A stretch of 64,000 nt of DNA, taken from positions 17,484,001 through 17,548,000 of the forward strand of contig OZ024757.1 in assembly GCA_964016885.1 (NCBI GenBank), given 5' to 3'. The translations under genes and the position numbers were made by a program. This document shows, one piece after another, positions 12,480 to 26,599 of this stretch. This stretch comes from Eledone cirrhosa. Taxonomy: Eukaryota. The notes under the pieces were generated by a model. It had not been told where the DNA came from and did not search any database. It saw only the letters and a program-made list of their open reading frames with translations. Position 1 is the first letter of the stretch; every line of letters starts with the position of its first letter.

Positions 12480-13755
12480 TAGTATCTAATTAATTAGTTA
12501 ATTTATGACCAGCTGTACAGTCTGTTGTCTGTTGTTGTTTCTTGAATGGAAGAAGAGGAAGTGTTCATGCCTCTGCAGGGCCTCAGAATTTGACTTGTAA
12601 TAATTAACCCTTTAAGCATTTAAACTGGCCATATCCAGTCAAAATTCTCTCACCTCTTTTTGTTCAAACTGGCCGTAACTTGCTACTCATACTGATGTTA
12701 AGGTATTGTTATCAAAATATATATCATCAAAATCTCATAGCTTTGATATTATGTGAAATATTATATAAAACTTTTCATAACAAATGTGTGTTTATTTTCA
12801 ATAAAGAAATAATAAAAAAGAAGGGGAAGCAAAAGGAAAGAAAAAAAAAATAGAGAAAAAAAAAAGCGAAGGAGAGAAATAAAGAAGAAAAAGAATGAGA
12901 AAGGGAGAGTATGGCAGGAGCTCTGGTGTCTCAGAAGAAAGGGGAGGGTGATTGGGCTTTGGGCCTAGTGCCCAAAGAGGGCAGAAGTGCTGCGCCGATA
13001 TATGTAATTAAGCAAATTCGTCTGTTAAACACCTAAATCTGAATGTAAATACATCTAGAACAAGTGCAAAGTAATCACTGAATGTCCCTGTATGTAAATA
13101 ATACACTCCCAAAACTAAACCAGTAATGAATATTTGCTCTGAATATCATCACAGGCTTCTAATGAAATACAGTTAGGCGCTAATTGAATACAAATATCTA
13201 TGAACTCAATCAAATTCATTAACAGTCAAATCCACAAATGGATTTATTCTTTACATCCACTTTCCATGGTAGCAAGAGTTGGTTGGGTCTACATAGACCA
13301 AGTCAGTACTGAAGCAGGGCTAGTGACCTCACAGAGAGGCCAGGGGTCAGCATCTCATTTACATATGGTCTCACATTCTACTGACTATACATGAGAGGTT
13401 CTCATCTTTTTGACAAAACTGAAGGGTCCCCAAACCCTTTGTTTTACAAACTTTCTATGGCTGGATGCTCTTCCTATCACCAACCCCTTTACAGCATGTA
13501 CTGGGTGCTTTTATTGCGTAGATCACTGACACTAAAATAGGTTTTAGGCATCTTTTCTACAGTGGGTTACCCTTTCTGTTGTCAACCACCTTACAGTGTG
13601 TACTGGGTACATTTTCATGGCATCAAGGCTAAAGAGCTTGTTGGTCCCAAATGTAGAACCCTGCTTGCTCTGTAAGAGTGATAGAAGGGAGATAAGTATG
13701 AGTGTGCTGTGATTTGACAGAGTGATGAGTAAGGAAAGGGGAGGGATGACGTGTG

Positions 13756-13805
<50 letters not shown>

Positions 13806-14619
13806 CACACACGCACACATGTGTGTATGTGTAGTGTGTATGTACATACGTATATGTATATATATATATGGTGGCTGCCAACTCGTTTTCGAGTACGGCC
13901 ACTACTTTATATCCATGTAGGAGAACCCCTACCGATGCGCTGAACGAGTGTGACTTTTTAGTCCAGCCAGTGACTTGAAAACTCTGGTACAAACACTACA
14001 CTTGTGACAATTACTGACACATAGTGCTGGGCCCATTGTACCCTGTGATGACAAGTGCAGAGAGATCTCCAGATATAAAGCAATGCCTGTGCCGTGAAGC
14101 TTTTATAGTGAGCAAAGGCACTGCACAAAGCCAGTCCCACTCTCTTAACCAAGATGATATTTACCAAAAAGAAGAACAAGTCAACATCATTGGATACCAT
14201 CAAGGTTGCAGGTGTTATATCAGAGTTTTCCTTCTCCTAGAATTCTGCCTTGACAAAGGCTAAGGGGTCATCTTTCCATGGTAGCAAGAGTTGGTTGGGT
14301 TTACATAAACCAAGTCAGTACCGAAGCAGGGCTAGTGTATATATATATATACAAACATGCATACTCACACATCATATTGTCATTGATTCGTTCACACATC
14401 ATATTGTCATTGATTCGTTACACAATTTCATGACCTAAATTAGTAATTAAGTCAAATTAGTAATTATTTTGTGATTAAATGACAAAACAACAATACAAAT
14501 ATTTCAGTTTGTTCCTGTTATTGTTGATGATGATGTTGTTGACAGCAGTAGTGGTGGTGGCAGTGGTGGTAGTGGTGGTGGTGGTGGTGGTGAAGGTAGT
14601 GGCAGTGGTGGTAGATGGT

Positions 14620-15900
14620 GGTGGTGAAGGTAGTGGCGGTTTTGGTAGTGGTGGTGGTGGTGGTGGTAGCAGTGGTGATAGTGGTGGTGGTGGTGGTGGT
14701 GAAGGTAGTGGCAGTGGTGGTGAAGGTAGTGGCGGTTTTGGTAGTGGTGGTGGTGGTGGTGGTAGCAGTGGTTGCGGTGATGGTAGTGTTTGTGAAGATG
14801 GTGGTGGTGGCAGTGGTGATGGTGGTGGTGGTGAAGGTAGTGGCAGTGGTGGTGAAGGTAGCGGCGGTTTTGGTAGTGGTGGTGGTGGTGGTGGTAGCAG
14901 TGGTTGCGGTGATGGTAGTGTTTGTGAAGATGGTGGTGGTGGCAGTGGTGATGGTGGTGGTGGTGAAGGTAGTGGCAGTGGTGGTGAAGGTAGCGGCGGT
15001 TTTGGTAGTGGTGGTGGTGGTGGTGGTAGCAGTGGTTGCGGTGATGGTAGTGTTTGTGAAGATGGTGGTGGTGGCAGTGGTGATGGTGGTGGTGGTGAAG
15101 GTAGTGGCAGTGGTGGTGAAGGTAGCGGCGGTTTTGGTAGTGGTGGTGGTGGTGGTGGTAGCAGTGGTTGCGGTGATGGTAGTGTTTGTGAAGATGGTGG
15201 TGGTGGCAGTGGTGATGGTGGTGGTGGTGAAGGTAGTGGCAGTGGTGGTGAAGGTAGCGGCGGTTTTGGTAGTGGTGGTGGTGGTGGTGGTAGCAGTGGT
15301 TGCGGTGATGGTAGTGTTTGTGAAGATGGTGGTGGTGGCAGTGGTGATGGTGGTGGTGGTGAAGGTAGTGGCAGTGGTGGTGAAGGTAGCGGCGGTTTTG
15401 GTAGTGGTGGTGGTGGTGGTGGTAGCAGTGGTTGCGGTGATGGTAGTGTTTGTGAAGATGGTGGTGGTGGCAGTGGTGATGGTGGTGGTGGTGAAGGTAG
15501 TGGCAGTGGTGGTGAAGGTAGCGGCGGTTTTGGTAGTGGTGGTGGTGGTGGTGGTAGCAGTGGTTGCGGTGATGGTAGTGTTTGTGAAGATGGTGGTGGT
15601 GGCAGTGGTGATGGTGGTGGTGGTGAAGGTAGTGGCAGTGGTGGTGAAGGTAGCGGCGGTTTTGGTAGTGGTGGTGGTGGTGGTGGTAGCAGTGGTTGCG
15701 GTGATGGTAGTGTTTGTGAAGATGGTGGTGGTGGCAGTGGTGATGGTGGTGGTGGTGAAGGTAGTGGCAGTGGTGGTGAAGGTAGTGGCGGTTTTGGTAG
15801 TGGTGGTGGTGGTGGTGGATGTGAAGGTGGTGGTAGCAGTGATTGCGGTGATGGTAGTGTTTGTGATGGTGGTGGCTGTGGTGGTTTTGGTAGTGGTATT
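14620..15900. repeat. 132-bp GGT-rich minisatellite (~8-9 near-identical copies)
   Basis: tgtgaagatgg at 14791, 14923 and onward, period 132. Confidence 0.95.
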
Positions 15901-16269
15901 GTTTGTGAAAATTTTTGTATCTATTTTCATTAAAAAAATGTGTTTCAGAGATTTATTGTTGTAATATTACAGCATCAGAGAAACCGGTTTATTTCGAATA
16001 CTCGGGTGACTGAAGCCCATTCCCCCCCACCTACATTCCTATCAACCTCGGTATTCAACCACCCACCTACCTATCTACCCCAATACCCAATCACCTACAT
16101 ATGTACCTACCCATATATATATAGATATATATGGTAGAAATAGAAGCTTGCACTGTATTTTTGACTAAAGAAATTTTAGCCTGATAGTGGGGCTTAAAAC
16201 CCTCTAAAAAAATGGAAAAGGATGAGTACGTCAATATATATATATATACATACATACACACACACACAC

Positions 16270-16969
<700 letters not shown>

Positions 16970-17525
16970 TTATTAAAATAACAGATTAAAGTTTAAGCAA
17001 AGAATCGCTGCTTAGTTAGAATTTTAGTCTACGATTTCTGCTATACCATTTACGTGGTTTTGTCTTTGCGTGCTATTGTTCTCCATGCTCCACATATGAC
17101 TTATTATCTTCGTTTTTTCGTTCATTGCCAGAGAACGTCTCTATGCACCACCTAAGAGAACATTAGTCTACGACCTCTTTTATACCATAAACGTGGTTTT
17201 GTCTTTGCGCGTAATTGTTTTTCACCGCTCCTATTAATGACGTATTATTCGTTTTTTCCCGTTCTTTGCCAGCGAACGTTACCACGAACCAAAGTATCGT
17301 CTTCCTGTCTTCCTCCGGTTGCAACGTTTTTTGAAATATCCAGTTCTGCGTTTACAGATTGACTTTGTTAGTTTCAGAAGATCCCGCTAAGGGTGAAAGC
17401 AGCGATTCTTTGCTTAAACTTTAATCTGTTATTTTAATAAATATTTGCTCTACGGTTCTTATATATTTGATATATATTTTCCTTATCGAGCCCTCTTTGG
17501 ATTTTAGTCTTCAATTTTATTATTA
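16970..17525. mobile_element. Longest family K copy, with a short inverted 5' duplicate of its end
   Basis: ttattaaaataacagattaaagtttaagcaaagaatcgctgc at 16970 is the inverse of 17398-17440. Confidence 0.6.
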
Positions 17526-17550
17526 TTACTATATATATATATATATATAT

Positions 17551-18168
17551 GGAAGCACGTGGCCTAGTGGTAAGGGTGTTGGACTTACGATCATAATGTT
17601 GTGGGTTCGATTCCTGGGTTGCGTGTTGTGTTCTTGAGCAAAACTCTTCATTTCACGTTGCTCCAGTATACTCAGCTGAAAATGACTACCAGCAATAGCT
17701 GGAGGTTTAACCCTGCGATGGACTGGTGTCCTGTACAGTGGGGTGTCTTGTACTCTCAGTCGCATCATGCCATGAAACCGGGACAAGCACCGGCCAAATG
17801 ACCCTTCTGGCTTAAGACAGACTTTCATCATCATCATCATTTCATTTTACGTCCACTTTTCCCTGCTTGCAAGGGTGGGACGGGAACAGATTCTGGCTTG
17901 ATTTCTACAGCTGGATGCCCTTCCTAACACCAACCTCATTTACAGTGAGTGCTGGGTGCTTTTTTGCCGTGGCACCTACACGACCACTTTGCAGTGGAAT
18001 GATATGGACCCCAGTCCCTATCATCTCATTTCTACAGCTGAGTAAACTGGAGCAATGTGAAATAAAGTGTCTTGCTCAAGGAAACAACACATCACCCGGT
18101 CTGAGAATTGAACTCACAACCTTTTGATTGCAAGGCCAATGCTCTAACCACTAAGCCATGTGCCTCCA
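17551..18168. mobile_element. Tail-to-tail SINEs: variant (+, 17551-17820) and type B (-, 17825-18168)
   Basis: A/B boxes; RTE tail; same arrangement as 4338-4970. Confidence 0.8.
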
Positions 18169-18259
18169 CTATCTTAGATATATATATATTGTTCAAGGCA
18201 CAAACAGAGGTACAAAAAGTCTTATTAGTTTCACGTTTTATATGGAAAAGGGGAAAGAA

Positions 18260-18296
18260 AGTTTAACGTGTCGGGCTTTAGCCCTTCTTCAGGCGT
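18260..18296 (-). ncRNA. Degenerate minimal hammerhead motif in a TA-flanked module
   Basis: Minus: CTGAAGA-a-gggc-taaa-gccc-GACAC-gtta (GAAAC changed to GACAC). Confidence 0.5.
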
Positions 18297-18654
18297 AAAA
18301 AATAGAGACAGGATCACAAAGGATCGATACAGAAATAAAGGACCCCAAGTAAAGAATAGAAAATTGAAAATAAAGAGTGTAAGCAATATATATATATATG
18401 TGTGTATTAAGTGTATGTATATGTGTGTTTTGTTTACTGAATATGATGTCTGCCTGCCTGTATATCTCTCATTCTCACCTATATTCATGTACACACACAC
18501 ATGTATACACACACACACACAAGCTGTAAAGAGGAAGTTACGAAGTTACTCAGGTTCAACCACAATAAAATGTAACACAGAAAGATATTCTGTTCTTCCA
18601 TAGTTTTATCCCTAGAGTCAGCCATAAAATATTCTGTCCTTCCATAATTTTACC

Positions 18655-20550
18655 CCAGAATGCTGAAGGCATCTGGGTCTGTAGGTCACACTATAACCAC
18701 ACGTATCGTTAACCAGGTAATACTAGAGGGGGCCATACCAAAAGATTGGTGCAGTAGCATCATTGTCAACTGCTACAAAGGTAAAGGCGATGCACTAGAT
18801 AGAGGAAACTATAGAGGTATAAAGTTGATGGACCAGGTCATGAAAGTAACAGAAAGAGTTATAGCACAGCTGATTAGGGACCGGGTGAATATAGACGAGA
18901 TGCAATTTGGGTTTGTTCCAGGGAAAGGCACCACTGATGCGCTCTTCCTTGTGAGGCAATTACAGGAAAAGTACCTAGCTAAAAGTAAGCCACTCTACTT
19001 GGCATTTGTCGACCTTGAGAAAGCCTTTGACAGAGTTCCACGTGCAGTAATCTGGTGGGCTCTTAGAAAACTAGGAGTAGATGAATGGCTTGTGAAAGCG
19101 GTACAAGCCATGTATAGGGGAGCAGTCAGCAAAGTTAGGATTGGCAATGAGTATAGCGAGGAATTTAGCGTACAGGTTGGGGTCCACCAGGGCTCTGTTC
19201 TTAGCCCTCTCCTGTTCATCATAGTCCTGCAGGCAATAACGGAGGAGTTTAAGACCGGATGCCCATGGGAACTCCTGTATGCTGATGACCTCGCACTCAT
19301 AGCTGAATCTATGGTAGAACTAGAGAATAAATTCCAAACCTGGAAGCAGGGACTAGAGAGAAAGGGCCTCAAAGTCAACATGACAAAGACTAAGGTCCTT
19401 ATAAGTAGACGAGAAAACAGAACCCAGATCCCCTCAGGGAAATGGCCTTGCTCAGTATGTAGGAAAGGTGTAGGTAGGAACTCCATTCTTTGCCCCAAAT
19501 GCAAACAATGGGTACACAAGAGATGTAGCGGGATCTCAGGAAGCTTAATTAAGAATGTAGGATTCACATGCAGCAGCTGTGCTGAAACAGCAAGCAAACA
19601 GCCACAGGAAACAAGTACCACCAATCTCTGGGAGGGCCCTGTAGAAACAGTAGACAGCTTCTGCTACCTAGGTGACCGAATTAGCAACGGAGGTGGGTGC
19701 TCAGAAAGTACAATAACTAGGGTAAGAACGGGATGGAAGAAGTTTAGGGAACTACTACCACTGCTAGCTGCAAAAGGCTTCTCCCTCAGAATGAAAGGCA
19801 GACTGTATGATGCGTGTATCCGAACAGCGATGTTGCATGGTAGTGAGACCTGGGCGCTGAAGGTGGAAGACTTACGTAGATTAGAGAGAAACGAAGCCTG
19901 CATGCTCCGATGGATGTGTAACAGTAATATACGTGAACGACAAAGCATAAATGAATTGAGAGAGAGACTGAGCATAAGAGGAATCAAATGCTGCGTGCAG
20001 GAGAGGCGGTTACGCTGGTATGGACATGTGATGCGTATGAAGGATGACAGCTGCATAAAAAGGTGCAGAGCACTAGAAGTTGATGGAAACCGCGGAGTGG
20101 GGAGACCCAAGATGACTTGGGATGAGGTGATAAAAGCCGACCTTACCCAACTACACCTCTCAAAGTCAATGACACACGACCGTGACTTCTGGCGTCACGC
20201 AGTAATACAGGGTACCCGACCTCCCATGGGTACATGCTGAAGCATATAAACAATATGCCCCCCCCCCCACCACCACCGCAAGGTGGTCGTGGAGGTGCCA
20301 CGGCAAAAAAGCACCCAGCCCACACTGTAAAGTGGACGTGTAGGCGCCACGAAAAAGCACCCAGCACTCACTGTAAATGAGGTTGGTGTTAGGAAGGGCA
20401 TCCAGCTGTAGAAATCAAGCCAGATCAGTTCCTGTATGAGCAAGGCATGGTCAGCCGACCAGACACTGCCCACAACAGGACAACCCGTCTAACCCATGCT
20501 AGCGTGGAAGAACGGACGTAAAACGGTGATGATGATGATGATGATGATGA
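18655..20550 (+). mobile_element. 5'-truncated RTE-clade LINE with uninterrupted RT ORF (18660-20240), 3'UTR and (GAT)n tail, inserted in a minisatellite
   Basis: YKGKGDA..RGNYRGIKL, QFGF, FVDLEKAFDRV, VHQGSVLSPLLF, LYADDL, YLG motifs; the unit aatatattctgtccttccatagttttac flanks both sides. Confidence 0.95.
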
Positions 20551-21907
20551 ATCAGCTGCAATAATATATTCTGTCCTTCCATAGTTTTACACCAGATTCA
20601 GCTACAATATGTTACACAGTAATATATTCTGTCCTTCCATAGTTTTACACGAGATACAACTGCAGTCCATGACTCAATAATATATTCTGTTCTTCCATAG
20701 ATTCAACTACAATATGTTACATAATAATATATTCTATCCTTCCATAGTTTTACATGAGATACAACTACACTCCATAACTCAATAATATATTCTGTCCTTC
20801 CATAGTGTTACACTAGGATATTCTGCACTTCCGTAGTTTTAGCCTCTTGTTCAACCACAAGCCATTCAGCAATAACACACAAGTCCACCAACTGGAAGGT
20901 TGGGGGAGGTTTGAGACCCTATTTATATGTTATTGTTCTTTGTGTACCCCCAGGGGATCCCTGTCACTTCCCCAAATCCTTTAATCCTTTCTTGTTTGTT
21001 GAAGTCTTTAATAGTACACATATTCACTTGGTAACCATCATTAAGATATTTCACAAACCATGGTGAGTTCACCTTTGTTGTTGCTGCTGCTGTTGTTGTT
21101 GTTGTTCTCTCTTATTTATCGGGCAAATATAGTCTATAAACTTCTCTCTTTTTAACCCTTTTTATTCTCTCTTTTTTCATCTCCTTCTATATCTATTTAT
21201 CTATCTATCTATCTATCTATCTATCTGTCTATCTATCTATCTATCTATCTATCTGTCTATCTAGCCTGTAGGTTGAGGAAAAAGAGGAAGAGAGGAAAGA
21301 GGTACTCACTATTCGTACTCCTGGAGATGAGGGTTTTACATTTTTTCGGGGGTATGTGTTACCCATATGTAATGTCTCCCCCTATTCGGGAAAAATCGAT
21401 TAATTTTTAAATTGCATTTGTGATAATATTTTACACGTTCTTATTGTATGTAAACTTCCCCCTTTGTATTTGTCCCCTTCTTTTGTGCCCCTGTGGCTAA
21501 TAAAGAAACACATCTATCTGTCTGTCTGTATATCTGTATATCTATCTATCTGTCTGTCTCCCCCCTTCTCTCATTGGTATTATAATATATATATATTGTA
21601 TGTATGTGCGTGCATATTTATACAGATAGTATGTTGTATATATATATATATACTATAGTACATACTATATATGTGTGTGTGTGTGTGCGTATATATATAT
21701 ATATATATTGTATGTGTGTACATATAGATATAGATCTGTATAGCATATACTATATATACATGTGTGTATATGTGTGTGTATATATATATATATATATATA
21801 CATTCTACTTTCTCTTAAATTAAGGTTTGAACGTTTTAAAATTACTCTTGTATTTAAATCATCATATATATATGTGAGAAAAACCACAGACCCTCCATCT
21901 CAACTCA

Positions 21908-21945
21908 CCTTTTGAAAAGCAGAAGAACTGCGAAACCGGTAAAGG
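21908..21945 (+). ncRNA. Degenerate hammerhead-like motif
   Basis: cctt-TTGAAAA-gcag-aagaa-ctgc-GAAAC-cg-GTA-aagg: stems intact, CUGANGA box mutated. Confidence 0.45.
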
Positions 21946-22076
21946 AACCAAATAAATATATATATTTTTAAAAAAAATAAGAATCCAGTTGCATTTTCGA
22001 TTTCATCTCTTTTTCTTTATACTTTCACTCGTGTAGGACACCTCGGTTATTTTTCATTTTGTAAAAAAAACCTCAC

Positions 22077-22135
<59 letters not shown>

Positions 22136-22237
22136 TGAGATTCTACAGGACTAGAACTGTTTCATTCTTTTTACTCTGCAATGTATTGAGTACCTTACTT
22201 ACTGTGGTTACCTCCGATTCAACCCGGAATAACATAC

Positions 22238-22281
<44 letters not shown>

Positions 22282-22441
22282 AATCTCTGATGATATGGGA
22301 TCGATTGTGCATTGGATATCAAATGCTCTACTAAATATATAATATTATAGATGTAGCGAGATCTAGGCAAATAGATGTCTATTGAAACGTACGTAAGAAC
22401 CGAATAAATCTCTTTTACTGCATCTTTCTGTTCTTTTTAAT

Positions 22442-22477
<36 letters not shown>

Positions 22478-22812
22478 ATGATATTAAATAAATGGAAACT
22501 ATATTTATAAAACCATATTTATTTTATTATATATATTTCAAGGGTAACCAAGACAACATTGGTACGCTTTCATCAAATAAAATACAAAGTTTGTTTATAA
22601 ATAGAGACGTACCCATGAAAATCATACCTTATCGGTTGGAAATTCACTATTTATAAAACAAACTTTGTATTTTTTCTGATGAAAGCGCACCAATGGTGTC
22701 TTGGTTGCCCTTGAAATATATATAATATAATAAATATATATATATAATAAAATATATATATATAATAAAATAAATCTGGTTTTATAAATATAATTTCCAT
22801 TTATTTAATATC
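22478..22812. mobile_element. Inverted pair of hammerhead-bearing pLTR-like repeats (same family as 2452-2510 and 52901)
   Basis: + copy CTGATGA(22676)-aagcgcaccaa...ttggttgccctt-GAAA(22713); - copy at 22536-22576; outer arms tgatattaaataaatggaa / ttccatttatttaatatca. Confidence 0.7.
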
Positions 22813-22891
22813 ATTGAATATTTACTCCAGTTGTCAGTTGAGTGCTCATAAACATTTATGTTTGTCGGATTTCCAACAAATTAAATACAAC

Positions 22892-22944
<53 letters not shown>

Positions 22945-22989
22945 CACATACATGTGTGTGTGTATATGCATACTCCCACACACATACCC

Positions 22990-23578
22990 ACTATTCACAC
23001 AGACCCACTAGTCACACAGACCCACTAGTCACACAGACCCACTATTCACACAGACCCACTAGTCACACAGACCCACTATTCACACAGACCCACTCGTCAC
23101 ACAGACCCACTAGTCACACAGACCCACTAGTCACACAGACCCACTAGTCACACAGACCCACTAGTCACATAGACCCACTAGTCACACAGACCCACTAGTC
23201 ACACAGACCCACTATTCACACAGACCCACTAGTCACACAAACCCACTATTCACACAGACCCACTCGTCACACAGACCCACTAGTCACACAGACCCACTAG
23301 TCACACAGACCCACTCGTCACACAGACCCACTATTCACACAGACCCACTAGTGACATAGACCCACTAGTCACACAGACCCACTAGTCACACAGACCCACT
23401 ATTCACACCGACCCACTCGTCACACAGACCCACTCGTCACACAGACCCACTAGTCACACAGACCCACTAGTCACACAGACCCACTAGTCACACAGACCCA
23501 CTATTCACACAGACCCACTAGTCACACAGACCCACTAGTCACACAGACCCACTCGTCACATAGACCCACTAGTCACAT
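22990..23578. repeat. 17-bp minisatellite (cccactagtcacacaga)n
   Basis: ~34 tandem copies ending ~40 bp before the exon acceptor. Confidence 0.95.
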
Positions 23579-23620
23579 CCATCTAATCATTTGTTTTCTT
23601 TCTTCTTGTGATATTTCCAG

Positions 23621-23852
23621 CATAAAGTGTGTTTTAGTGATCAGATCAGCACATTGCATGACTACCCCTCTGAAGAAGTAATGTTGGAACATTATCTATT
23701 GGAACATCCCGAGGAACGGAATGAGATGATGTTGTTGGAAGGTCATGGAGGGTTGAATGAATCTACCGATGATGGTTCCGAGTCTGATGACAGCAGTCCT
23801 GTCAGTCCCGACGACAGTGGACTGAGATATAACATGGCTTTATCTTCGACAG
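23621..23852 (+). CDS. TPRN-like: Penultimate coding exon of a taperin/phostensin-family PP1-regulatory protein (HKVCFSDQISTLHDYPSEEVML...LSSTG)
   Basis: Polypyrimidine acceptor ...ttcttgtgatatttccag|CAT; donor ACAG|gtgagt (phase 1); open frame; K-V-C-F (RVxF-type) followed by ...YPSE, as in the taperin/phostensin KISF...YPSE motif (recalled, not searched). Confidence 0.8.
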
Positions 23853-23944
23853 GTGAGTAGTTGTAATACCTAAAGTCACCCCACTCTTTGTTAACTCCTC
23901 TGTCACCTTAATAACCTTTATTAACCCTTTCGTTATTGTAGCCC

Positions 23945-25650
23945 TTATTAACCCTACCCTTACTATATTTACAGTGAAGGACACTACCTATAATTAACCC
24001 ATTCCTTACTATATTTCCAGTGAAGGACACACTACCTATAATTAACCCTACCCTTACTATATTTCTAGTGAAGGACACTGTCTATAATTAACCCATCCCT
24101 TACTATATTTCTAGTGAAGGACACACTGTCTATAATTAACCCATCCCTTACTATATTTCTAGTGAAGGACACACTGTCTATAATTAACCCATCCCTTACT
24201 ATATTTCTAGTGAAGGACACACTACCTATAATTAACCCATCCCTTACTATATTTCTAGTGAAGGACACTACCTATAATTAACCCTACCCTTACTATATTT
24301 CCAGTGAAGGACACACTACCTATAATTAACCCTACCCTTACTATATTTCTAGTGAAGGACACACTGTCTATAATTAACCCATCCTTTACTATATTTCTAG
24401 TGAAGGACACACTACCTATAATTAACCCTACCCTTACTATATTTCCAGTGAAGGACACACTACCTATAATTAACCCTACCCTTACTATATTTCTAGTGAA
24501 GGACACACTGTCTATAATTAACCCATCCTTTACTATATTTCTAGTGAAGGACACACTACCTATAATTAACCCTACCCTTACTATATTTCCAGTGAAGGAC
24601 ACACTACCTATAATTAACTCATCCCTTACTATATTTCTAGTGAAGGACACTACCTATAATTAACCCTACCCTTACTATATTTCTAGTGAATGACACTACC
24701 TATAATTAACCCATCCCTTACTATATTTCCAGTGAAGGACACACTACCTATAATTAACCCATCCCTTACTATATTTCCAGTGAAGGACACACTACCTATA
24801 ATTAACCCTACCCTTACTATATTTCCAGTGAAGGACACACTACCTATAATTAACCCATCCCTTACTATATTTCTAGTGAAGGACACACTGTCTATAATTA
24901 ACCCTACCCTTACTATATTTCTAGTGAAGGACACACTGCCTATAATTAACCCATCCCTTACTATATTTCTAGTGAAGGACACTACCTATAATTAACCCTA
25001 CCCTTACTATATTTCCAGTGAAGGACACACTACCTATAATTAACCCTACCCTTACTATATTTCTAGTGAAGGACACACTGTCTATAATTAACCCTACCCT
25101 TACTATATTTCCAGTGAAGGACACACTACCTATAATTAACCCTACCCTTACTATATTTCTAGTGAAGGACACACTGTCTATAATTAACCCTACCCTTACT
25201 ATATTTCCAGTGAAGGACACACTACCTATAATTAACCCATCCCATACTATATTTCCAGTGAAGGACACACTACCTATAATTAACCCATCCCTTACTATAT
25301 TTCTAGTGAAGGACACACTGTCTATAATTAACCCATCCCTTACTATATTTCTAGTGAAGGACACACTGTCTATAATTAACCCTACCCTTACTATATTTCT
25401 AGTGAAGGACACACTGTCTATAATTAACACATCCCTTACTATATTTCCAGTGAAGGACACACTACCTATAATTAACCCTACCCTTACTATATTTCTAGTG
25501 AAGGACACACTGTCTATAATTAACCCATCCCTTACTATATTTCCAGTGAAGGACACACTACCTATAATTAACCCATCCCTTACTATATTTCTAGTGAAGG
25601 ACACTACCTATAATTAACCCTACCCTTACTATATTTCCAGTGAAGAACAT
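23945..25650. repeat. 48-bp (some 46-bp) minisatellite, ~35 copies
   Basis: ataattaaccctacccttactatatttctagtgaaggacacactacct. Confidence 0.95.
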
Positions 25651-25964
25651 TGCCTATGATTTTCAAATTATTTTGAAAATAGTCAAAAATTTGAAGTGAT
25701 TTAGTAATATACCATATATATTCAAATATAAGACAAAAAATCGATGGTAAAATATGGCGGGGTCAGTTGGACACAGGCATCACTGAATTGTTAAGAAGTT
25801 TGCCTTGCAATGGCGAGGTCACAGGTTCAATCCCAATGGGGAGCATCTAGGACAAATATCATTTACTATAGCTTTGGGTCAACTCAGGACTTCTGTGTAG
25901 TCAGAAACTGTTTAGAAGTCCATTTGATGGATTGGACCTTTAGTTGAAAGGTTCAGTCTTATAT

Positions 25965-26120
25965 AATTGATTCTACTTTTGGCACAAGGCCAGCAATTAT
26001 CTCAGTGTATTACTGGTACTTTATTTTATCGACCCCGTAAAGATGAAAGGCAAAGTTAACCTCGGCGGGATTTGAACTCAGACCGTAAAGGGCCGTAACT
26101 CGTTGCTGCAAAGCATGGCA
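25965..26120 (-). mobile_element. SINE type A
   Basis: ggcacaaggccagcaatt...ggcaaagttaacctcggcgggatttgaactcag. Confidence 0.8.
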
Positions 26121-26599
26121 TCTCTTATATAATGTCATGCTAATTCTGTTTGAGAATTATGTTATGGGCACACATGTCTGTGGAATACTCAACCATCATC
26201 ATCATCATCATTGTTAGCAAGGGTTGGACAGGTCTACATAGACCAAGTCAGTACTGAAGTGGGGCTGCTGATCTCCCAGACAGGCCAGGGATCTGTCTCG
26301 TGTATGTACAGTCTCATGTTTTACTGAGTGCACAGGAGTTGTCGTCTTTTGATACAAACTAAGGGGTCCTTCCAGCCCTTTGTTTGGCAAGATTTCTATG
26401 ACTGGATGACTTTGGTATCATCAACTATTTTACAGAGTGTACTGGGTGTGTTTACCATCTAGGTTACCAACACTAGGGAGGCTGTCGTGTCCTTGGAACG
26501 ACTGAAGGGTCTTCCCAGCCCTGGACTGTACCTGTAATTCAAAGGTCCAACCTGCCCTATAGTATGTTGTCATGCTGATTCAGTTTGGGAATCTGTAAC

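Noticed and set aside
18995-20110. Antisense ORFs over the RTE copies
   Set aside because: Shadow frames of the RT coding sequence
23945-25650. 48-bp array as a CRISPR array or repeat protein
   Set aside because: Contiguous units without unique spacers; eukaryotic context; 46-bp units break the frame
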